Shown piece after piece: positions 47,129-54,481 of a stretch of 64,000 nt of DNA. The DNA is from an uncultured Oscillospiraceae bacterium. GTDB taxonomy: Bacteria > Bacillota > Clostridia > Oscillospirales > Acutalibacteraceae. The DNA lies in contig URPR01000001.1 of the NCBI GenBank assembly GCA_900549775.1, positions 50,094-114,093 on the forward strand, written 5' to 3'. A program made the translations under genes and the position numbers. Under the pieces are notes generated by a model. It ran no database searches. It saw only the letters and a program-made list of their open reading frames with translations, and was not told where the DNA came from. The stretch's first letter is position 1. The number at the start of each line of letters is the position of its first letter.

Positions 47129-47163
47129 AAACATCTCACAGTTTAATTGGGAGATGTTTTTAT
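47129..47163 (+). terminator. Intrinsic terminator after the ECF S-component gene
   Basis: AACATCTC-acagtttaattgg-GAGATGTT followed by TTTTATAT. Confidence 0.55.
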
Positions 47164-47470
47164 ATAATGATAATTTTTGGAGTTAGGAATTTTATAAAGT
47201 TTCCCCGCTTAACCGTAATGTGTACAAAATAACCTGCCTACTAAATAAACAGGTGGGTGCCAGCCTATAATTTTCTCGCTCCCTTCATTCAGCTAAAGCT
47301 GAGAGGTCTGCAATCCAATAACAGAGCGAAGCTCCCGATAAAAAAGTTGTAGGGTTAAATAACACAGTCCGCGAATTAAGCAGGGAAATATAATTTCTAA
47401 ATATAATTATATCATAAAATTTCAAAATGTAAATAGTATTTATAAAAAATATATGTGTTTAATGATTTTA

Positions 47471-47809
47471 TTATTGATTTTCTTCATTAACTTCATAAAA
47501 ATCTTCAAAGTGAGATTCAAAAGTTTTTGCCAGCTCATTTAGTAGATCTGTATCTTGAACTTCAGCTAAGACTTGCTCACCGTTATCTTCTATTAGTTCA
47601 AATATATAGTAACTTGAATCTGAATTTGACTTTTCGTTCTGTGGGAACAAAGCATAAAAAAAGCCATTATCGTTTTCTATTGTGTCTAATATTTCGAAAG
47701 TGTGTTCTTTCCCATCATCATCTACAAGGGTCATTACGTCAGGAGAAAATTCATTTTTCAAGTAAAACAACTCCTTTATAGTTATTACTTTTACTTTAAG
47801 ATTGTACAT
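47471..47809 (-). CDS. DUF1292 (YrzB/UPF0473) family small acidic protein
   Basis: MTLVDDDGKEHTFEILDTIE...FYALFP...YIFELIEDNGEQVLAEVQD is the DUF1292 pattern. The true start is likely the internal Met (~47731). Confidence 0.6.
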   Translation of the reverse strand: MYNLKVKVITIKELFYLKNEFSPDVMTLVDDDGKEHTFEILDTIENDNGFFYALFPQNEKSNSDSSYYIFELIEDNGEQVLAEVQDTDLLNELAKTFESHFEDFYEVNEENQ

Positions 47810-47858
47810 TTTATTTTGATTTTAGTCAATAGTATAGTATTTTGTTAGTGCCTATATT

Positions 47859-47966
47859 GGGGCGGCAGCCCCACAGGATATGATAAATTTTTTATCATAC
47901 CCTGTGTAACGGTCCATTTAATGGACCGTTTGATGGTTTATAAAATAAACCATCTGGCTGCCGCCA
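47859..47966. repeat. GC-clamped multi-hairpin element B: 10-bp GC outer stem enclosing three hairpins
   Basis: The outer stem is GGCGGCAGCC (47861-47870) paired with GGCTGCCGCC (47956-47965). Inner hairpin 1 is a 15-bp stem with one mismatch and a ttt loop. Inner hairpin 2 is ACGGTCCAT-tta-ATGGACCGT. Inner hairpin 3 is GATGGTTTAT-aaa-ATAAACCATC. Confidence 0.8.
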
Positions 47967-48050
47967 ACAAATTACGCACTAACTTTTATTTTAGTGTTCT
48001 AATATATTTTACTATTTCATATCAATTAGAAAAAGGGAGGGACAAGATTT

Positions 48051-49040
48051 GTGGCAACCAAATTTAATGAAGTCATAAGCAATTTAGATTTAGAACTTAG
48101 CCGAGCATTGAGCCATTTAAGTAAAAAGGTAAAAAGTGAAGTACAAGAAATAAGATTACGAATAAATTGTCCTGTTGTTTTGCATTTAGGGGAAAGTATG
48201 TATTTTATTTCTAAAGACGGAACTTTAACGAAAGTGGCAGGAGAAAACTTATTGATAGCGACAGCTGATAATATAAGAAACACTTTTAACAAAATATGCA
48301 ATTACTCCGTTTATAGTTACCAAAAAGAAATAGTTAATGGATTCATTACGATAAAAGGAGGCCATAGAGTAGGAATTTGTGGAACTGCAATTTACGGCAA
48401 AAACATTGAAAACATAAAGGACATAACGTCATTGAACTTTAGAATAGCTCGATCTATGCCAGGAATATCGGATACTGTTTTAAAGAACGTTAACACAGAT
48501 TTTTCAGGAATTTTAATAGCAGGGGCTCCTTGTTCCGGAAAAACCACATTGCTAAGAGACATTGCAAGGAATTTGTCTATAGGAAAATTTTCGAGTGCAA
48601 AGAAAGTAGTTGTTATAGATGAAAGAGGCGAATTTAGCGGAATGTATCGAGGTGAACCGCAAAATGACTTAGGGTACTGTGACATACTTTATGGTTACTC
48701 TAAAAAAGACGGAATAGAGCACAGCATACGATGTTTATCTCCTGAAATTATAGTTTGTGATGAAATAGGCAATGAATCTGACGTAAATGCCATAGAGTCC
48801 GGAGTAAATTCCGGAGTAGCATTTATAGCGAGTGCTCATGTAAGTGGTAGAGAGGGAATAACTAAAAAAACTGCACTGAAGGGACTTTTTAGCAAAGGGG
48901 TTTTCGACACAGTTGTTTTTTTAAATAAATTATCAAAAAAGTTTGAGATTTTAAAAGTTGGTGAAAAAATTGATAAAAGCAATGGGAATTGTAATTTTTT
49001 CTTTATCGATGTTAATTCTGGCGTTCACAATATCGCATAG
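48051..49040 (+). CDS. spoIIIAA: Stage III sporulation protein AA (secretion-type ATPase)
   Basis: Walker A GAPCSGKTTLLRD with a traffic-ATPase fold. GTG start after SD GGGAGGG. First gene of an eight-gene spoIIIA operon. Confidence 0.85.
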   Translation: MATKFNEVISNLDLELSRALSHLSKKVKSEVQEIRLRINCPVVLHLGESMYFISKDGTLTKVAGENLLIATADNIRNTFNKICNYSVYSYQKEIVNGFITIKGGHRVGICGTAIYGKNIENIKDITSLNFRIARSMPGISDTVLKNVNTDFSGILIAGAPCSGKTTLLRDIARNLSIGKFSSAKKVVVIDERGEFSGMYRGEPQNDLGYCDILYGYSKKDGIEHSIRCLSPEIIVCDEIGNESDVNAIESGVNSGVAFIASAHVSGREGITKKTALKGLFSKGVFDTVVFLNKLSKKFEILKVGEKIDKSNGNCNFFFIDVNSGVHNIA

Positions 49041-49476
49041 GTTTACATTGAGAATTGAATTTCTAAAAAGCTGTTTGAATTTTCTTAAATATTTAGAAAA
49101 CGAGATAAGTTACAGCAAAGATACAATCTATGATATATTGAAGCGATACCCAGATAATCATACCATACAGAGCTTCTTGGGAAAGTGTTGTGAAAATATA
49201 GAAAAAGGAAATGATTTTAATAAATCCTGGATTTTGGCTTTAGATGAGGTAAAGAAAGATTTTAACTTAAAAAAAAGCGACTTAAACTTTTTAGAAAATT
49301 TGGGTAACAATCTGGGCAAAAGCGATGTGGATAGTCAACTGTCATATTGTGAACTGGCTTTAAACGCATGTAATTTAAATTTGGCGGAATCTATTGAAGA
49401 GAGAAATAAAAAAAGTAAACTTTATTGTAATTTATGTTTACTTTCCGGAGTAACTTTTATTTTACTAATTTTGTGA
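48958..49476 (+). CDS. spoIIIAB: Stage III sporulation protein AB
   Basis: 172 aa with an N-terminal TM segment. Position and size match SpoIIIAB. Confidence 0.75.
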   Translation: MVKKLIKAMGIVIFSLSMLILAFTISHRFTLRIEFLKSCLNFLKYLENEISYSKDTIYDILKRYPDNHTIQSFLGKCCENIEKGNDFNKSWILALDEVKKDFNLKKSDLNFLENLGNNLGKSDVDSQLSYCELALNACNLNLAESIEERNKKSKLYCNLCLLSGVTFILLIL

Positions 49477-49518
49477 TTTGACGAACGAGCTTTGATAAAA
49501 ACTGAAGGAGAAAAGCAA

Positions 49519-49713
49519 ATGGATGTAGATTTAATTTTTAAAATAGCAGCTATAGGCATTATTGTTGCGGTTTTAAATCAAGTACTTATTCGCTCAGGCA
49601 GGGAAGAACAAGCCATGATGACTACTTTGGCCGGTCTCATAGTGGTTTTAATGATGATAATAAAAGAGATTGATGTTTTGTTTAAGACAGTAAAATCAAT
49701 TTTTGGTTTATGA
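49519..49713 (+). CDS. spoIIIAC: Stage III sporulation protein AC
   Basis: MDVDLIFKIAAIGIIVAVLNQVL... is 64 aa with two TM helices. Start at ATG 49519 after AGGAGAAAAG. Confidence 0.8.
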   Translation: MDVDLIFKIAAIGIIVAVLNQVLIRSGREEQAMMTTLAGLIVVLMMIIKEIDVLFKTVKSIFGL

Positions 49714-49758
49714 TATTTAAAATCAAATTTATTAGGCTAACATGAAGGACTAAAACTT

Positions 49759-50145
49759 ATGAATTTAATTAATATAATAGGAATTGCAATTGTTTCGGCA
49801 ATTTTGTCGCTTACTTTAAAACGGCACAATCCGGAATTTTCGATGGCTATAAATATTATGTCAGGGATTATTTTGGTTTTGGGAATACTGTCGAACGTTT
49901 TGCCGAGTGTAAATGAAATAAAAAGCCTGATATTTAATACAGGCGTTCCGTCAGAATACATATCCATACTTTTGAAAAGTCTAGGAATAGCATTTTTTAC
50001 TCAATTTTCGTCTGATGCATGCATTGATGCTGGACAAACAGCGCTTTCTTCTAAAGTGGAACTTGCCGGTAAGGTCATGATTTTAATAGTATCCTTGCCG
50101 CTTCTGAAGGAAGCTGTGAGTGTAATTACTAAGCTGTTGAGGTAA
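49759..50145 (+). CDS. spoIIIAD: Stage III sporulation protein AD
   Basis: 128 aa with multiple TM helices. Conserved position in the operon. Confidence 0.8.
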   Translation: MNLINIIGIAIVSAILSLTLKRHNPEFSMAINIMSGIILVLGILSNVLPSVNEIKSLIFNTGVPSEYISILLKSLGIAFFTQFSSDACIDAGQTALSSKVELAGKVMILIVSLPLLKEAVSVITKLLR

Positions 50146-50148
50146 AAA

Positions 50149-51288
50149 ATGAAAAAGATAGTGTTTATTTTATTTTTATTTTTTATTGTAAAGCCTGCTT
50201 ATTCCGGTGCTTTTTGCGCAAATGAAGAATTTTCAAAAATTTATGATGAACAAGTAAAATCAACAGGTGCAGATAAATTGAAGGATTATTTACCTGAAAA
50301 AACGCAAGATGATTTAAACAGTATGGGACTAGCGGATTTAAATCCTAAAAATTTCGAAAAACTAAAGCCGGAAAGTTTCTTTAATTACTTTTGTAGTGAA
50401 TTTAAAAATCAGGTACCTGAAATTTTAAAAACTTTGAGCGTAACTGTAGGAACTATAACGATAGCTGCATTTTTTGATGGAATGAAACTATCTTTAAATA
50501 AAAGATCAATCGATAAAGTCTTGAACTTCGTTTGCGTGCTGGTGATTTGCATAGTATTTGTAAAGTCTGTGGTTACAAGTATAGTTGTGAGTTCTGGTGT
50601 TATAAAGGCAGTTTCCAAATTTTTGCTCAGTTACGTGCCGATAATGGTAGGAGTGATGTGTGCAACAGGACAGAATGTTCTGGCGGGATCTTACTCTTTA
50701 CTGATGCTAACTCTAGGGGAGTGTATGGCTCAAGTTATGACGAAATTTTTAATGCCAGTTTTAAATATTTTTTTATCTATAGGCATAGTTTCTGCACTTT
50801 CAGATGGACTAAATCTTTCCGGTGTTTGCAAGAGTTTTTCAAAAATATGTAAATGGGCTTTGGGGTTTATATCGACGCTGTTTGTGGGAGCACTTGGAAT
50901 ACAAAGTATAGTTGCTGGAGCAGTGGACAGTGTAGGTTCAAGGGCATTTAAGTTTGTGATAAGCGGATGTATACCGGTTGTAGGTAGCGCCTTAAGCGAT
51001 GCATTTCTTACAGTGCAAGGTTGTGTAAAGCTGCTTAAATCGAGCGTGGGAGCATTTTTTTTGTTAGCAATTATCCTTACTTTTGCTCCGATTTTTGTAA
51101 AGTGCGTAATGTGGAATTTTTTGTCTACACTTTGTGCGGGCATAGGGGAGGCTTTTGGCATTGTACCTATTAACAAGATTTTAAAGAACATATCTGATGT
51201 TTTAAATATTTTAATAGCGGTATTAACTTGTTTCGTAGTAATTTTGATTATATCGACAGTTATAGTGCTGAATACAAACCCTTTTTAG
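50149..51288 (+). CDS. spoIIIAE: Stage III sporulation protein AE
   Basis: Signal peptide followed by a polytopic membrane protein of about 380 aa. Conserved position. Confidence 0.8.
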   Translation: MKKIVFILFLFFIVKPAYSGAFCANEEFSKIYDEQVKSTGADKLKDYLPEKTQDDLNSMGLADLNPKNFEKLKPESFFNYFCSEFKNQVPEILKTLSVTVGTITIAAFFDGMKLSLNKRSIDKVLNFVCVLVICIVFVKSVVTSIVVSSGVIKAVSKFLLSYVPIMVGVMCATGQNVLAGSYSLLMLTLGECMAQVMTKFLMPVLNIFLSIGIVSALSDGLNLSGVCKSFSKICKWALGFISTLFVGALGIQSIVAGAVDSVGSRAFKFVISGCIPVVGSALSDAFLTVQGCVKLLKSSVGAFFLLAIILTFAPIFVKCVMWNFLSTLCAGIGEAFGIVPINKILKNISDVLNILIAVLTCFVVILIISTVIVLNTNPF

Positions 51289-51306
51289 ATTTTGGGGGAA
51301 TGATTA

Positions 51307-51792
51307 ATGACGGCTTTGAAAGAATGGTGTTCCTTGCTGTGTATTTCTATAATAATTTCAGCTGTATTGGAGATTATATCGCCTGGCAAAAAGATGGAAA
51401 AAATTTTGAAACTGGTAATAAATGCATTAATTTTATGTATGCTTATTTTGCCGTTGAAGAACATAGCTAAAGATATTCATTTAGACTTTAAAAATAGTAA
51501 GAACTTTAATATAGATGAAAAAAATTCAAATTTTCAAGATATGATAAAAGCCCAAAGCAAAGAGTTAGCTGAAAAGAAAATAAAAGAAACAGTATGTGAT
51601 ATTTCGAATAAAGAAAATATAGTGACAAAAAAAGTTGATATATTTATGGATACAGATAAGGACAACTGCATATGTATTAGTAAGATTATAGTTTATGTTA
51701 ATGAAGGAAGCTTGAAAAAGAGGGGTGAGTTAGAAAAGATACTGTCAAAAAAATTGGAAACGTCTGTAGAAGTTTTAGGAAGTGATAATTGA
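51307..51792 (+). CDS. spoIIIAF: Stage III sporulation protein AF
   Basis: Two N-terminal TM helices followed by a cytoplasmic domain. 161 aa. Confidence 0.75.
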   Translation: MTALKEWCSLLCISIIISAVLEIISPGKKMEKILKLVINALILCMLILPLKNIAKDIHLDFKNSKNFNIDEKNSNFQDMIKAQSKELAEKKIKETVCDISNKENIVTKKVDIFMDTDKDNCICISKIIVYVNEGSLKKRGELEKILSKKLETSVEVLGSDN

Positions 51793-52367
51793 TGGATGAT
51801 AAAAAAAGTAGCTTTCTGATAGGAAAATTTAAAGAGCTTTTCTCTCAGCAGGATAAATTAAGAAAATTTATAATAGTTTTAGGAACTGTGGGTATAGCGT
51901 TGATATTTGCATCAAGTTTTTTAAAACAGAACACCGAAAAAAAGGCTGTTGAGACTAATTTACCAGGTAATATGGAAAGTTATGCTAAGAATTTAGAAGA
52001 AAACATAAAAAGTATAGTAGCTGAAATTAAAGGAGCAGGAAACGCTAAAGTTTTAGTAACGCTTGAAAGTTCACAGCAAACAATTTACGCCACAGAACAA
52101 AAAAAGAACAAAGAGGCTACTCACGACAACATGGACGGGGAAACCAGAAAAATAAAAGAAAGTGATGATATTGAAACAAAATACATAAAAATAAAAGATG
52201 CAAATGGAGCAGAACAGGCGTTGTCTGTTACGCAGTTGCAGCCTTCGGTTAAGGGTGTGGTTGTAGTTTGTGAGGGAGGTGATAACAAAGAGGTGCAGGA
52301 AAAAGTAAGAGATGCTGTAAAAACAGCTCTAAATATTACATCAAAAAGGGTTTTTGTAACTAAATGA
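51789..52367 (+). CDS. spoIIIAG: Stage III sporulation protein AG
   Basis: N-terminal TM segment followed by a ring-forming extracytoplasmic domain. 192 aa. Confidence 0.75.
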   Translation: MMDDKKSSFLIGKFKELFSQQDKLRKFIIVLGTVGIALIFASSFLKQNTEKKAVETNLPGNMESYAKNLEENIKSIVAEIKGAGNAKVLVTLESSQQTIYATEQKKNKEATHDNMDGETRKIKESDDIETKYIKIKDANGAEQALSVTQLQPSVKGVVVVCEGGDNKEVQEKVRDAVKTALNITSKRVFVTK

Positions 52368-52387
52368 TTTAACGGAGGATATTAAAA

Positions 52388-52969
52388 ATGGGTTCGAAAA
52401 AAAGACATATTATATTGGCAGCATTAGTGCTGTCTTTAGCAACAGCTGTATATTTGAATTGGCAATTCTCTTCAAACAAAGAGTTAACTTCGACTGATAG
52501 CATTATGTCGACCAAAGAGCTTGGTCAAGCACAATTTGTGAATAATTCTCAGAAATGTGAGGCTAAACCTGAAAACTCTGAAGCAGACAAGGATAATGCA
52601 GAAGAAAGCAAAGAGTCATCAGATTACTTTAATAAAGCTAAAACAGAACGCCAAAAGGCTAGAGACGAGGCTACAGAGTCTATTAAAGAGATTTTGGAAA
52701 ATGCTAAGTCATCTGAAGAAACAAAAGCAGAAGCCGTAAAAAAAGCTACGGAGATTGCTCAGAAAATAGAACAAGAATCTAACATAGAGAACCTCGTAAG
52801 AGCTAAAGGGTTTAGTGAATGTTTGGCTTTTCTGCAGAATGATGAGTGCAGCTTAGTGGTAACAGGTGCTGAATTGAATGAAAGTTCAGCAATATCTATA
52901 AAAGATATAGTTTGCGGTCAAGCAGGCATATCGAGTGACAAAATTAAAATAATAGAAGCTAAGAGCTGA
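52388..52969 (+). CDS. spoIIIAH: Stage III sporulation protein AH
   Basis: N-terminal TM segment, an acidic/lysine-rich linker, and a C-terminal YscJ-like domain. 193 aa. Confidence 0.75.
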   Translation: MGSKKRHIILAALVLSLATAVYLNWQFSSNKELTSTDSIMSTKELGQAQFVNNSQKCEAKPENSEADKDNAEESKESSDYFNKAKTERQKARDEATESIKEILENAKSSEETKAEAVKKATEIAQKIEQESNIENLVRAKGFSECLAFLQNDECSLVVTGAELNESSAISIKDIVCGQAGISSDKIKIIEAKS

Positions 52970-52978
52970 TTTTTTAGA

Positions 52979-53094
52979 TTGCGCGCCAGCTCAATTTGTT
53001 TTTCGAGAAAAAACAAATTATTATCTTTTCCGTATTGAAAAGATAATCAATAACCGAGCGAAGCGTTCGCTCGGTTATTGGCGCTGGCGCGCGG
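52979..53094. repeat. GC-clamped multi-hairpin element C: 10-bp GC outer stem enclosing three hairpins
   Basis: The outer stem is GCGCGCCAGC (52981-52990) paired with GCTGGCGCGC (53083-53092). The inner hairpins are AATTTGTTTTT/AAAAACAAATT (11 bp), ATTATCTTTTC/GAAAAGATAAT (11 bp) and AATAACCGAGCGA/TCGCTCGGTTATT (13 bp, containing GCGAAGC). Confidence 0.8.
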
Positions 53095-53101
53095 TTCAGC
53101 T

Positions 53102-53698
53102 TTACTGTAGTTTGTTCAATATATCTTTAGCTAAATTTTTATCTTTAGTTAAAACAGCTAAAACACACTCATATATTATGTCAGGGTTACTTTGAAAATT
53201 TTCTTTCACCATATCGGCTTGAAGTCTGTCAGGTACATAAAGAGAAAACGACAGTAAATCTACATCTCCACCCGAAATTTTACAATTAAGCTGATATCCG
53301 TTTTCAATTTCTTTTATAGAAACGGTATTTTCTGTTTCTCTTTTTATTTTAGCAAGTAACTTTATCGTAGCATTGAGAGCTTTGTCTCGTATCGCTATGG
53401 GTAGAGACGAATAAAGCTGACTAGAGACAATTTTCCCCGAATCTGTAACAGTATACAAGTTTGAATTTTCTTCGGTAGATTCAATATTTTTACTTTTTAA
53501 TAATTCTGAAATAGCGCTGTTGATTTCGAAATAATTTGCAAGGTTATTTTCCTGGAGAACTGAAACTAAGTCTTCCTTAGAAAGTCCAGATTTTATGCTG
53601 GATAAAATATAGCAGATTAATAATTTAATATCGTTTTTGCTTCTAAGCCCTCCGGGAGTTATGCCGGCTGAAAATGCATCAAATTTCATTATTGTCAT
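53102..53698 (-). CDS. Hypothetical cytoplasmic protein (two-domain, about 195 aa)
   Basis: No TM helices and no recognisable catalytic motif. The family is not confidently assigned. Overlaps the upstream mscS-like gene by a few codons. Confidence 0.4.
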   Translation of the reverse strand: MTIMKFDAFSAGITPGGLRSKNDIKLLICYILSSIKSGLSKEDLVSVLQENNLANYFEINSAISELLKSKNIESTEENSNLYTVTDSGKIVSSQLYSSLPIAIRDKALNATIKLLAKIKRETENTVSIKEIENGYQLNCKISGGDVDLLSFSLYVPDRLQADMVKENFQSNPDIIYECVLAVLTKDKNLAKDILNKLQ

Positions 53699-54338
53699 CC
53701 TCCTTGTGAGACTGTTTATCCAATGCTTCTTTGTGTTTATTTGTTATGGTATTGTTCTGAACTATCTGTTTAAGCTTATCTTTTACGTTTTTTGGAATGT
53801 AAGTAGAATCAACTTGCTCGGTTTTCTGTTTACTACAGTTTATTATTTCACATGAAGTTAATTTAGAATTTGGAACGATTAATTCTTTGTCGTCAGGTGT
53901 AATAAGCGTGGTAAACATAAGTTCTATGCTCACTACCCTGCCGGAATGAGTACCGATTTCCAGAAAGTCTCCGACTTTAAATGGCTTATTTATAATGATA
54001 ATTGTTCCGCTTGCGATGTTTGAAAGACTGTCTTTTAAAGCGATACCGACTGTTACAAAAGTAGCGCCGAGTGCAGCTATCATAGAAGATATATTTATTC
54101 CGACCTTTGACAGAGCGGCTAAAATCACTATAATACGAAATAAAATTTTTATGATAGAGCCAAAAAATGTTATGATACCTTCATCGACTTTAGCTTTTCT
54201 TATGGCGTTGCCTATTATGTTTGTGAGTTTTCCAGATAAGTACCATCCTACAGTCAATATAACAAAGGCTGAAAAGATATGTGGCAAGAAATTTTTCAAT
54301 TGAGCAAGAGTAGATGTAAAAATATTTTCATTTATCAT
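53679..54338 (-). CDS. mscS: Small-conductance mechanosensitive channel (MscS family)
   Basis: Three N-terminal TM helices followed by a beta-domain: ...IIINKPFKVGDFLEIGTHSGRVVSIELMFTTLITPDDKELIVPNS..., typical of MscS/YkuT. Confidence 0.8.
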   Translation of the reverse strand: MINENIFTSTLAQLKNFLPHIFSAFVILTVGWYLSGKLTNIIGNAIRKAKVDEGIITFFGSIIKILFRIIVILAALSKVGINISSMIAALGATFVTVGIALKDSLSNIASGTIIIINKPFKVGDFLEIGTHSGRVVSIELMFTTLITPDDKELIVPNSKLTSCEIINCSKQKTEQVDSTYIPKNVKDKLKQIVQNNTITNKHKEALDKQSHKEDDNNEI

Positions 54339-54481
54339 AAAACGTCCTCGCTTATTTTGTCGTAATTTTATTTAAGTTTACACTATTATATCATACTTTT
54401 ATTGTTTATAAAATCCTTGAAAAATTTTTTGAGATGATATAATATATTTTTAATGAAGTGTAAGAAATTGTTAGGAGCTTT

